From a bacterium (GTDB lineage: Bacteria; UBA8248): DNA of 64,000 nucleotides. This document shows positions 1-9,439 of this stretch, piece after piece. A program made the position numbers and the translations under genes. The notes beneath the pieces are model-generated. The model was given only the letters and a program-made list of their open reading frames with translations, did no database searches and was not told where the DNA came from. The stretch is from assembly GCA_965200245.1 (NCBI GenBank), contig CBDATS010000015.1, positions 1 through 64,000 of the forward strand, written 5' to 3'. Position 1 is the stretch's first letter. Every line of letters starts with the position of its first letter.

Positions 1-280
1 AACGGTGATAGTTTTTCGGCCCGTGCAATCAGCCGTTCCCACCCTTGGCCGTCGAGCAACGTTTCCGGGAAGAGGGAGCGAATCGGGCGAAGGACATCGG
101 CAAAATTTTCCATATACGCACCCCTCGACCCGACAGGAATTCGTTTCCCATCAACAGGTGGCACCCCATTGAGGGTGCCACCTGTTGATGGATCTGTTCC
201 AGCAATATCGTCTCGCCAGGATGTACCCTGAACCCGGAAACATGGTCGGTTGCGTCTTGCAAACGTGGCTAGCTAGCGAA

Positions 281-559
281 TTAATAGTATAGGTTGCCTC
301 CGGCAACGGAAGCCAACTCGGCTTCCGTGAGCTCTTTCGAGCGCGGCAGCACCAGATGAGCCGTCGTCGCGTCGTCCTCGTGGACGAACAGGTTAATGTG
401 CTCCGGCACGTTGAGGTTGTAGTCATCGCGCAGGACCGCTTTCGGGTCATTCAACAGCCGGGTGCGAAAATCATCGCTCTCGGCCGCTTGTAAAAGGAGT
501 CGTTCGCGAAGTTCAGATACCGTTATTGCTCCCTTCGATGTTTCGATTTTCTGGGTCAT
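281..559 (-). CDS. NHLP (nitrile hydratase-like leader) RiPP precursor, predicted core NLYY
   Basis: Leader motifs DDFRTRLLNDPKAVL, VHEDD, HLVLP and ELTEAELASVAGG (double-Gly site), followed by only NLYY*. AAGGAG RBS upstream of the ATG. Confidence 0.9.
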   Translation of the reverse strand: MTQKIETSKGAITVSELRERLLLQAAESDDFRTRLLNDPKAVLRDDYNLNVPEHINLFVHEDDATTAHLVLPRSKELTEAELASVAGGNLYY

Positions 560-710
560 CAGATTCTCCTTCTGGGTGAAGTATCAAGGTTAACGTTCGC
601 AATACAAGAATTATCCTCTCTCAAAACATGATGTCAACAAATTTCTTGCGTTCTTGTATGTATATATGAAATATTTTTTGGCGGGTTAATATGATGGCGA
701 CGCTTGGCGG

Positions 711-2003
711 GTGCCCCTGCTTACGGAGAATGGGATGTCTGGAAACGGCGGGACACGATTCGAGGAGATCATCTCCGGCTCTCATACAGGGTACGTACGA
801 ATATCGCCGCTTGCAGACTATTTTACCGACCCTTACCGGTTCTTTCGATGGGCAAGGGCCGAGGCGCCTGTCCTCCATGTTCCGGAAATCAACTGTTGGG
901 CGGTCGCCTGCTACAATGATATTGTCTCGATTTTCAGGGACACTGAAACGTTCTCTTCAGCCAACGTCCGCCAGCCTGTAGTGCCGTTCGGCCCCAAGGC
1001 GATGGAGGTTTACGAATCGGTTGGCATTGAGTTGCGGCCGACGCTGGTGGACGAGGATCCGCCAACCCACCGCCCCCACCGGCGCATTTTCGGCGCAGGT
1101 CTTTCTGCCCGTCTCATCCAGCAACTGGAGCCGAAGGTCCGCGCTACCGTTTCCCGCTATATCGACAGCTTCGTGGATGACGGAAGCACGGACCTCCTCA
1201 ACCGGCTCATGATACCGACAGCAAGTAGCCTGCTGTTCCATTTTCTCGGCGGTGCCGACGAAGATTTCGACTTGGCCGACTGGCCGTTTGGGATGGAGGG
1301 GGTCCAAATCGGGGAATCCTCAATAGAGGTGGCACAAGTCTCATTCGTGGAGGTCATGGCCCACCAGTGGTCTTTTTCCGATAGGTTGATACAGGCTGCG
1401 CTCGAAAATCCCGGCGACAACTACCTCGGCGACATGGTTCGGTTGCGTCGCGCGGATCCGTCTCTGTTCACGGATAACTACCTGCACAACATCGTGTTCG
1501 GTATGTTGAGCGCCGGGGTGGACAACCAAAGCCACACGCTCGCCAATGGCATCCGGGCAATGCTCAATGAACGAACACCTTGGGAACGGCTGTGTGCCGA
1601 CCCCGGTCTCATCCCCAACGCAGTCGAGGAAATCCTGCGTTTCGCCACCGCCCTCATGGTGTTTCCTGCGCGACTCACGACCCGTGAAGCCGAGGTCGGT
1701 GGACAGCGAATCCCCGCCGGGTCTCATATACGGTTGTTGCTCGCTTCCGGCAATCGTGACGAGACCGTTTTCCCGGACGGTGAGACGCTCGACATCGACC
1801 GCGGGAATGCCGAGGACCACCTCTCGTTCGGCTGTGGTGCGCATTACTGCATCGGCGCGCCGTTTGCCCGGCTCCAGATGAAGGTCATCCTGGAGGAGTT
1901 GACCCGGCGCTTGCCTCACATACGGCTCGCCACCGCTGTCCCGGAGGCCTTCCGGACATTGGCTTTTAGCGGTCTGAAGCGCCTGCCCGTCGAATGGGAC
2001 TGA
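711..2003 (+). CDS. Cytochrome P450 (CYP116-heme-domain-like, no fused reductase)
   Basis: EEILR (ExxR), heme motif HLSFGCGAHYCIG, ASGNRDETVF, DPPTHRPHRR. I-helix reads AGVDN. Start codon uncertain. Confidence 0.95.
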   Translation: MPLLTENGMSGNGGTRFEEIISGSHTGYVRISPLADYFTDPYRFFRWARAEAPVLHVPEINCWAVACYNDIVSIFRDTETFSSANVRQPVVPFGPKAMEVYESVGIELRPTLVDEDPPTHRPHRRIFGAGLSARLIQQLEPKVRATVSRYIDSFVDDGSTDLLNRLMIPTASSLLFHFLGGADEDFDLADWPFGMEGVQIGESSIEVAQVSFVEVMAHQWSFSDRLIQAALENPGDNYLGDMVRLRRADPSLFTDNYLHNIVFGMLSAGVDNQSHTLANGIRAMLNERTPWERLCADPGLIPNAVEEILRFATALMVFPARLTTREAEVGGQRIPAGSHIRLLLASGNRDETVFPDGETLDIDRGNAEDHLSFGCGAHYCIGAPFARLQMKVILEELTRRLPHIRLATAVPEAFRTLAFSGLKRLPVEWD

Positions 2004-2274
2004 TCGGCCCCACATTTCGGGAATTGCATACTTGAATCCACAAGCCTTATTCCCTTGATTTTGAAAAACGGATCCTCCGGCCGCCGGTCTCCCGGGAGAG
2101 CAGGGAACATGCGGACGGGCTTCCGGGAGGAAGCCTGTTCCTCACGAGAAAACGTCAAAAATTTCCTGCCTTCCCATCGGAATATCCCATATCCTGTTCA
2201 TGATGACGATGCAAAAAAACGAAAACATCGGGGGTATCAACCCATCCACATTTCCTGAGGGTAAGGAGACCGGA

Positions 2275-2543
2275 ATGAAATCTGCTACCGAGATACGCGA
2301 GTACCTGATCGGGAAGGCAGGCGACAGTGAGGAGTTCCGCGCCCGCCTGATTTCTGAACCGAAGGCCGTGATATCGGAGGAGTTCGGGGTAACGATGCCG
2401 GAGAATTTCAACCTGCATGTAATGGAAGACGACGCCGAGAACAGCTATCTCATCCTTCCGCTCCGTCCCGACTCACCGATGAACAGTTGAAAGACGCCAG
2501 TGGCGGCAGCTATTGGGATGATGTTGATACTATTCATGTGTAG
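2275..2543 (+). pseudogene. Second NHLP precursor with a 1-nt frameshift near 2461, predicted core SYWDDVDTIHV
   Basis: AAGGAG RBS at 2263-2268 and ATG at 2275 give MKSATEIREYLIGKAGDSEEFRARLISEPKAVI...YLILP. The -1 frame continues PSRLTDEQLKDASGG-SYWDDVDTIHV, TAG at 2541-2543. Could be an intact gene with a sequencing error. Confidence 0.85.
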
Positions 2544-3569
2544 GGAGAATGGGTGTCACGATTTCCTTTCCCGGACGACAACTTGAGCGACCGGGGGGGG
2601 AACAGGCCTTTTCACCAAAGCGCACGGATGAGGACGCCTGGCGGGCGTTTCTGGCGGCCCGTGGCGTCGAAATTATCCGGCGCGAGCCAGTGGTCGTGTG
2701 TTTCGCGGACAGCAGGCCATTCCTCATGGGTGAGGGAGAACCAGGCGGTGGGTAATATGCTCCGGCAACCGGGACTGTCGGGGAAGACACTCAGTTCCCG
2801 GGGTAGTTACGACCGCTTCTGGAACCGGAGAGCGAAGGCGCACCCATCGTCATAGACACTGATTTCAGCGAAAAAGCCCGGAAAATACGCAATCTTGGCT
2901 ATCCGGATTCCCACTGACAAAGAGAATTTCGGGGGTATTTTCGGAATAAAATCATCGGAAGTCGAGGAGTTGATCGTAAACCACTTGTACTGGGCTCATT
3001 TCATGTTGACCAGGCTGTTCACGTCGGTCCGCTTTTATCTTCGAAGGCGCGAACTCGATTTCCGGTGAAGTGACGTATCGTTTCATCAACCGTGGGTTCA
3101 CCAGCGGACAATACGATATACTGTATGAGGAATCATATGCCAGGCTGGTAGATATCGATATGTTTATGTGCATTATATTGGGGAATTGCTTTTCCATCAT
3201 CCAGCAAACTGCCGGCAGGACAACCGCCTGTTTTTTCTGGTTGATTCTCGTCAGTGACGGGAAGGCTCAAAGCTGAAGCACTGTCATTCCATTCTGCACG
3301 GGGCTCCGCAGTCTCTCCTTCCTCAGTTGGAACTGACATCGGAATGACGGTGGTGGTCAGTTCCGGGCGAACAGGGACTTTTTTCGACAACCCCATATAT
3401 AGATCGCTCAGTGGCCAGGAAACGAGGGCCGCATTGACATGGCCCCTGCGGGTTCGTTTCGATACGCAGGATGCGTAGCCGGACAGGCGCAGGGGGAATG
3501 TCCGGGGATCGGTGAGTCCGCCTGGTTGGCCGGACAAAACGGGAGAACGGAATTACTCCCCCTGAGATA

Positions 3570-4562
3570 TCAGGAGTCCATCAACTCCCTGCATTTTTCC
3601 GTGAGAGCGGGAATGACTTTCTTGTAGTCGCCAACGATGCCGTAGCGTGCGCGCTGGAAGATGGGCGCTTCTGCGTCCGTGTTGATGGCCACGATGTTCT
3701 TGCTCGGTCCTGCGCCGACCATGTGCTGCATGGCGCCCGAGATGCCGACGGCGATGTAGAGGTTGGGGCTGACGATCTTGCCTGTCTGGCCCACCTGCAT
3801 GGGTGTCGGCACCCAGCCTGCGTCGACGGCGGCGCGGCTCGCTCCCACGGCCGCCTTGAGAACCTTGGCGAGTTCCTGGAGGTATTCGAAATTCTCGGGT
3901 CTCCCCAGGCCGCGCCCGCCACTCACGACGATTTCCGCGTCTTCCAGGCGAACGCCTTCGGCTTCCACCTTCTTCGCTTCCACGAAATTCATGCGAATCT
4001 CATCGGCGTCTACCGAAACGCCGATCTCCATGAACTCGCCCTCGCGTCCCTCCTGTATATCGGCCAGCGGCAGGGCTTTCGCGCGCGTGGACGCGATGGA
4101 GAGGGTATCCGTTTTCGATCGAACATGGCTGATGGCGCTGCCTCCGTGCACCGGGCGGACGGCGGCGAGCCTACCGTCTTCGAGCATCAGGTCCGTGCAG
4201 TCGTGCGCGTAACTGGCCCCGCGCCGGAAGGCGAGACGGGGGGCCACGTCCCGGCCGGTGGAGGTGTTCGCGACGAGGAAGATGTTCGGGTTCTCCTCGC
4301 CCAGGGCGGCGTCGATCACTTTCAGATACGCCGCATTGGTGTAGCCCGCCAGAATGTCGGATTCGGCCGCCAGCACCTTGTCGGCTCCCAGGGCGATGAG
4401 TCCTTTCGCCAACTCATTCGTACCCGTACCGCCGAGCAGGAGAGCCACCAGGGAGCCGCCTTTTTCGTCGGCGAGTTTTCGGCCGATACCGCAAAGTTCG
4501 CTGCTCACGAGCGCGAGTTTGTCTCCGGCGCGCTCGGCGAGGATGAGGACGTTGTTCGACAT
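3570..4562 (-). CDS. etfA: Electron transfer flavoprotein subunit alpha
   Basis: [43 protein letters not shown]. Confidence 0.97.
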   Translation of the reverse strand: MSNNVLILAERAGDKLALVSSELCGIGRKLADEKGGSLVALLLGGTGTNELAKGLIALGADKVLAAESDILAGYTNAAYLKVIDAALGEENPNIFLVANTSTGRDVAPRLAFRRGASYAHDCTDLMLEDGRLAAVRPVHGGSAISHVRSKTDTLSIASTRAKALPLADIQEGREGEFMEIGVSVDADEIRMNFVEAKKVEAEGVRLEDAEIVVSGGRGLGRPENFEYLQELAKVLKAAVGASRAAVDAGWVPTPMQVGQTGKIVSPNLYIAVGISGAMQHMVGAGPSKNIVAINTDAEAPIFQRARYGIVGDYKKVIPALTEKCRELMDS

Positions 4563-4580
4563 GGCGTTGTTCTTTCTCCC

Positions 4581-5381
4581 CTAGATGATTTTATCTTCAC
4601 GAAGGCGCAGGGCCAGGGCACCCGCCGCATCTTCGAGCGATTCGCCTTCGATGAATTCGCAATTTCCGTCGAAAACGGGTTTGTAGAATCTGGTGACCTC
4701 AAAGGTGGCCGCCGCCTTGCCGACCGAGGCGGGGTCTATCCCGAGATCCGAAGCGCCCCATATGGGAATCTGCTTGCGTGAGGCCATGAGGATGCCTTTG
4801 ACCGAGGGCAGGCGAGGGGTGTTGATCTCGTTACTGGCGGTAAGCAGGCAAGGCGTCGAAACTTCCACGACCTCGACGCCGTCCTCGAGGGCCCGTTCGC
4901 AGCGAAGCCCCGAATCGGTTTTCTCCACACTCTGGAGTTGACTCACGCTCGGGAGGTCGAGCGCCTCGGCGAGGGCGAGGGCGGTGGCTCCGTAGCTCCA
5001 GTCACTGCTCAGCCTGCCGCAGAAGATGACATCGAAACCGCTCAGTTTTTGAACGGTGCCTGCCAGAATCCGCGCCGTGGCGAAGGCGTCGGAGCCCTCG
5101 AAGGCCTCGTCTTGGAGCAGTACGGCTTCATCGCAACCCATGGCCAGGCATTTCTTGAGGCTGTCCCTGGCTTTCTCGTCGCCCATCGTCACGACGGTGA
5201 CTTTTCCGCCGTGTGCTTCCTTGAGGTTGATGGCCGCTTCGACGGCGTTTTCGCAGAAGCCGTTGATAACGGGCGATACGTTCGCAGGCGGGACGACGTC
5301 CATCCTCTCCTCGTCCACCTTGAAGTCACGAGGCGGAATATCGGGATCCTGTACTTGCTTGATGCAGACGATGATATCCAA
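4581..5381 (-). CDS. etfB: Electron transfer flavoprotein subunit beta
   Basis: IIVCIKQV N-terminus, AMGCDEA, GSDAFATA, PRLPSVKGILMASRK; directly upstream of etfA. Confidence 0.96.
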   Translation of the reverse strand: MDIIVCIKQVQDPDIPPRDFKVDEERMDVVPPANVSPVINGFCENAVEAAINLKEAHGGKVTVVTMGDEKARDSLKKCLAMGCDEAVLLQDEAFEGSDAFATARILAGTVQKLSGFDVIFCGRLSSDWSYGATALALAEALDLPSVSQLQSVEKTDSGLRCERALEDGVEVVEVSTPCLLTASNEINTPRLPSVKGILMASRKQIPIWGASDLGIDPASVGKAAATFEVTRFYKPVFDGNCEFIEGESLEDAAGALALRLREDKII

Positions 5382-5689
5382 AGGGTTGATTCTCCTTGTT
5401 TTAACTATTTCGAACCATCGGGGTTCGTACGAATCGTTCGAGTGTGTTCTGTATCGATAAACGAGACGGCCTAAAAATAATGAGATGGAGCCGATGCGTC
5501 AACCTGGAAAGGCGTTTTTCCCGAAGTTACGCGCCTCCTCCGCGTGGATTCCGATGAGGGGTTCGCCCCCGTGCGTTTGACAGGCGAAAAAATCCGCGCG
5601 ATAAGAAGAATGTGCTCCGGCATGAGAGCGAAACATTTCATTGACGGTTTTTCAGCGTGTTTCCTGTATTCGTTCAGAGGATTTCCCTA

Positions 5690-6781
5690 ATGTCAGAAGC
5701 AACCGAAGCCCAGATTCTCGATGCCCTGAGAAAGGTGCGGGATCCCGAGATCGGAAAGGATCTCGTTAGCCTCAACATGATCAAGGACGTGCAGATTTGC
5801 GGGGATGCGGTCGCCTTCACGCTCCAGTTGACCACGCCTGCACACCCGCGCAAGGAAGAGTTCGAGCAGGAGTGCAAGCTGGCGGTCGGCTCCCTGGAGA
5901 ACGTGAATTCCGTGAACGTCCGGGTGACGAGCCACGTTACCGCCCGGCCTTCGATGGCGGGCAAGATGGATGTCGAGGGCGTGAAGAACATTATCGCCGT
6001 GGCCAGCGGAAAAGGCGGCGTAGGCAAATCGACCGTGGCGGTGAACATAGCGCTGGCGCTCTCCAGGGAAGGTGCCAGGGTGGGTATCTTGGATGCGGAC
6101 ATATACGGGCCGAGCCAGCCCCTGATGCTGGGTATCCCTGAGGCGCGTCCCATCGCCGAGGACGGGAACAGGATCCGGCCTCTGGAGGCGCACGGACTCA
6201 AGGTGATGTCGATGGGCTTTCTGGTCGATGAGGACAGCCCTGTCATCTGGCGTGGCCCCATGGTGATGCGTGCGCTCGTTCAGTTTTTGAGCGAGACGAT
6301 CTGGGGGGAACTCGACTACCTTGTACTGGACCTGCCACCAGGTACGGGTGATGCGCAACTGACCATCGTGCAGCAGGTGTCACTTGCGGGTGCCGTCATC
6401 GTCAGCACGCCGCAGGACATCGCCTTGCTTGATGCACGCAAGGGTCTTCAGATGTTCCGGAAAACCGACGTGCCCATCCTCGGGATCATCGAAAACATGA
6501 GCTACTACCTGTGCCCCGAATGCGGTCATCGCGAGAACATCTTCGATACGGGTGGTGGGGAGAAGGCCTCCCAGCGTTACGAAGTCCCGTTCCTGGGTGT
6601 CATTCCTCTCGACGTCAAGGTGAGGCTGGGCGGGGACTTTGGCGTTCCGGTCGTTGCGGGGGAACCCGAGCATCCGACGGCAAAGGCGTTTCGCGAGGCG
6701 GCCAGGAAGGTGGCCGAGCAGGTGGCCATCTCCAATGCTTCTGGTCCCATATCAGTGCCTGAACTCAAGATCATCGGGTAA
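5690..6781 (+). CDS. apbC: Mrp/ApbC (NBP35) iron-sulfur cluster carrier ATPase
   Basis: N-terminal DUF59-like domain (VRDPEIGKDLVSL), SGKGGVGKST, DADIYGPS, DLPPGTGD, CPECG; ATG 5690 chosen. Confidence 0.95.
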   Translation: MSEATEAQILDALRKVRDPEIGKDLVSLNMIKDVQICGDAVAFTLQLTTPAHPRKEEFEQECKLAVGSLENVNSVNVRVTSHVTARPSMAGKMDVEGVKNIIAVASGKGGVGKSTVAVNIALALSREGARVGILDADIYGPSQPLMLGIPEARPIAEDGNRIRPLEAHGLKVMSMGFLVDEDSPVIWRGPMVMRALVQFLSETIWGELDYLVLDLPPGTGDAQLTIVQQVSLAGAVIVSTPQDIALLDARKGLQMFRKTDVPILGIIENMSYYLCPECGHRENIFDTGGGEKASQRYEVPFLGVIPLDVKVRLGGDFGVPVVAGEPEHPTAKAFREAARKVAEQVAISNASGPISVPELKIIG

Positions 6782-6942
6782 AATGTGAAACATGGTGTAC
6801 GTTTGCCCTGCAGGAAATTCGGCTGCGCCATTCCGGTCCGCTGCTCTGCGAATTATTTTGTAAACCCATAAACGTCTTCGTCCGGGGCGAATAGCTTGCC
6901 TCCTGCGGGGCTTGCGGACGATTTTTCATAAGAGGACATATC

Positions 6943-7890
6943 ATGGCGAAAGTAGTGCTTGTCGATCCGCTTTATTCGACTCCCGCGTGGAACGTGGCTT
7001 CCGACTGGCTGGGTGCGGAGCACGAAGTCGTTGCTCCCGCCGAATACACGCCTGAGGCCATCGACCCCCTTCTTCCGGACGCAGAGGGGATATTGACGGT
7101 GTTCCGGCCCGTCTCGCCCCAAATGATGGACATGGCGCCGAACCTCAAGGTGGTGGCCAAGCCGGGCGCGGGTGTGGACAACATTGATGTCGAGGCGGCG
7201 AACGAGCGGGGGGTCATGGTGTGCAACGTCGAGGGTGTCAGGGGACGATCCGTGGCGGAGCACGCCTTTTTCATGGCTCTCTATGTTGCGCGCCACGCCT
7301 GGATGAAGGATGAACAGGAAACTTGGGAGCACATGCCAGCGGTACAGTTAGGCGGCAAATCGCTGGGCATCGTGGGGCTGGGCGACATCGGCCGGAGAGC
7401 GGCGCGCATCGGCCATGGCTTCGGCATGGAATTGCTTATCAACACCCGGACGGAAGATCCTTCCTACGTGCCGGAGGCGAAGCTTGAGTTCGTGTCTTTC
7501 GATGCCCTTCTGCCGCGTGCAGACTTCCTGGTTTTGTGCATGCCGCTGGCTCCCGAGATGCGGGGTATCGTGAACAGGGCGAACCTTCTGAAAATGAAGC
7601 CCGACGCCATATTCATCAACGTTTCCAGGGGGCCCGCCGTGGTGAGCGACGATCTTCTGGAGGTGATGCGCGGCGGTCACCTCGCCGGCGCGGGACTCGA
7701 CGTCACCGACCCCGAACCCTTGCCGAAGGATCACGGACTCTGGGGGCTTAAAAACGTCATCATCAGCCCGCATCATGCTTCCCGTACGCCCGAGACGCAG
7801 GTCGCCGCCATGGAGCGTACGGCGGAGAACATGCGTTTGGCCCTGGCAGGCGAAAGACCCGTCAACATCGTGAATCCGGGGGTCATCTGA
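6943..7890 (+). CDS. D-isomer-specific 2-hydroxyacid dehydrogenase
   Basis: GAGVDNID, GIVGLGDIG, INVSRG, GLDVTDPEP, SPHHAS; AGGA RBS. Confidence 0.93.
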   Translation: MAKVVLVDPLYSTPAWNVASDWLGAEHEVVAPAEYTPEAIDPLLPDAEGILTVFRPVSPQMMDMAPNLKVVAKPGAGVDNIDVEAANERGVMVCNVEGVRGRSVAEHAFFMALYVARHAWMKDEQETWEHMPAVQLGGKSLGIVGLGDIGRRAARIGHGFGMELLINTRTEDPSYVPEAKLEFVSFDALLPRADFLVLCMPLAPEMRGIVNRANLLKMKPDAIFINVSRGPAVVSDDLLEVMRGGHLAGAGLDVTDPEPLPKDHGLWGLKNVIISPHHASRTPETQVAAMERTAENMRLALAGERPVNIVNPGVI

Positions 7891-7945
7891 TACGTTTCAT
7901 CTACTGCCGGACGGGTCGATGGGGGCCAGCCGGGTCGGAGTATGA

Positions 7946-8803
7946 ATGCCGTTCGAACTGGTCGCCCTGAGCCCGGCAATCTTCTTTTCCCTCTCGAGCA
8001 TCATGACGAGAAAAGGGCTGGACGGCAGTACGCCCCATACGGGCAGCCTGGTCGTCCTTATCTCGCAGGTCGTCTTTTTTTCCGCTGCCTTGGTGGTAGT
8101 GGATTTTTCACGAATATCGCTCTCGGTCTACTGGATTGCCTTTCTGGCGGCGGGGCTTTCCTCGCCTGCGCTGTCATTGCTGTTTCTCTATCGCTCGATT
8201 CAGCGAATCGGGGTGGCGCCCACGAGTTCCATCTCCAACACCCACGCCATCTTCGGGGCGCTTTGGGCCTTCATGTTTCTGGGCGAACGTCCGCCTGCCG
8301 TCGTCTGGATCGGGATTCTCCTGGTCGTGATCGGCGTTTACTGGATGACGAGCGGGGGAGGCCCGCTCGCCAGGGGGCGGGCACTGCTCCTGCCGTTCGC
8401 CTCGGCCGCTTTTTTCGGACTCGCTCATACGTTCCGGAAAATGGGGCTTGAGGGGATGGAATCGGTCGTTTTCGGAGGATTCCTGCAATCCGTCTCGGCG
8501 ATTGCCCTGGGGCCGCTGTTCCTGAAGGCGAGCACCGGGTGGAGTCCGTTCGTGTTCAACAGGACTTCGCTAATCAACTTCATCTGGGCGGGTCTTGCGA
8601 TGGCTGCTGCCCAGTTGACCCTGATGGCCGCCCTGAGCCTGGGGGAAGTATCGCGCGTCACGCCTCTCGTGGCGACAGTGCCGCTGTTCACGCTCGCCCT
8701 GGCACCCCTCATTCTCGGCAGGAGGGAGAGAATCACCCCGCGCATCGTCTTTGGCGCAATCGTCACGGTGGTGGGCGTCGTACTGGTGACGTCCCTGCGC
8801 TAG
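7946..8803 (+). CDS. DMT/EamA family transporter
   Basis: About 10 hydrophobic helices in two EamA-like halves; GERP and RERIT motifs. Confidence 0.85.
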   Translation: MPFELVALSPAIFFSLSSIMTRKGLDGSTPHTGSLVVLISQVVFFSAALVVVDFSRISLSVYWIAFLAAGLSSPALSLLFLYRSIQRIGVAPTSSISNTHAIFGALWAFMFLGERPPAVVWIGILLVVIGVYWMTSGGGPLARGRALLLPFASAAFFGLAHTFRKMGLEGMESVVFGGFLQSVSAIALGPLFLKASTGWSPFVFNRTSLINFIWAGLAMAAAQLTLMAALSLGEVSRVTPLVATVPLFTLALAPLILGRRERITPRIVFGAIVTVVGVVLVTSLR

Positions 8804-9082
8804 GCATCCGGAATACCCCGAATTTCCCTTACATTGGTTCAGGGCCAGTTCACATACGGTCCCTGTCATGCATTATGACGATTCGCGAAATAGACGCCCT
8901 GTCGCAGGTTTTTATCCCCCCATCCCGAATAAAAGGTTGACAGAACGGCCCGTGGGCGTTTATTTGAAAGGCAATAGAGCTTGCCGGCTCTTCGCACGCT
9001 GCGCGAAGCATAGAGCGAGCCGAAATTTGCTCCGTCCGTCGCATACGTCATCCCCTGTTTCTGCTATGGGAGTGATGAGGCC

Positions 9083-9439
9083 ATGAACACGACTCCCGCC
9101 AACAACAGTTCTTCCGCCTCGGCCGCCGCCGGGATTCTCGGGGATATTTTTTCCGGCCTCGATCATGGACTCAGTTTCCGCCTGTGGGACGGGTCGACCC
9201 TCACGGTGGGCCGTGAAGTGCTGCCCCTGGTGGTGGCGTTCCCCTCGCTGGAATCATTCAAGCGTGTATTGCTGAACCCCACTGCGGATGCATTCGCGGA
9301 GGCCTATTGCGATTCGGCTATCGATTTCGAGGGCGATCTGTTCGAGGCCATGAAGGTGGCCGACAGCTTCGAGAAAATAGAACTGACCACGATACAGAAG
9401 TTCATGCTGGCCCTGCGCATATGGAAACTCCAGGAATGA
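9083..9439 (+). CDS. Stand-alone homolog of the N-terminal domain of CFA synthase
   Basis: FRLWDGS...FAEAYCDSAIDFEGDLFEAM matches the N-terminal region of full-length Cfa; ATGA overlap with the next gene. Confidence 0.7.
   Translation: MNTTPANNSSSASAAAGILGDIFSGLDHGLSFRLWDGSTLTVGREVLPLVVAFPSLESFKRVLLNPTADAFAEAYCDSAIDFEGDLFEAMKVADSFEKIELTTIQKFMLALRIWKLQE

Noticed and set aside
1-270. Short minus-strand ORFs downstream of the first NHLP precursor as possible maturase genes
   Set aside because: No recognisable motif or RBS; any real downstream gene would lie outside the window.
2549-2855. Possible glyoxalase/VOC remnant (DAWRAFLAARGVEII)
   Set aside because: Only one short motif-like stretch, with no coherent reading frame.
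3570-5381. EtfAB as dedicated redox partner of the P450
   Set aside because: Convergent orientation, about 1.5 kb away, and typical housekeeping sequences; nothing links them beyond proximity.
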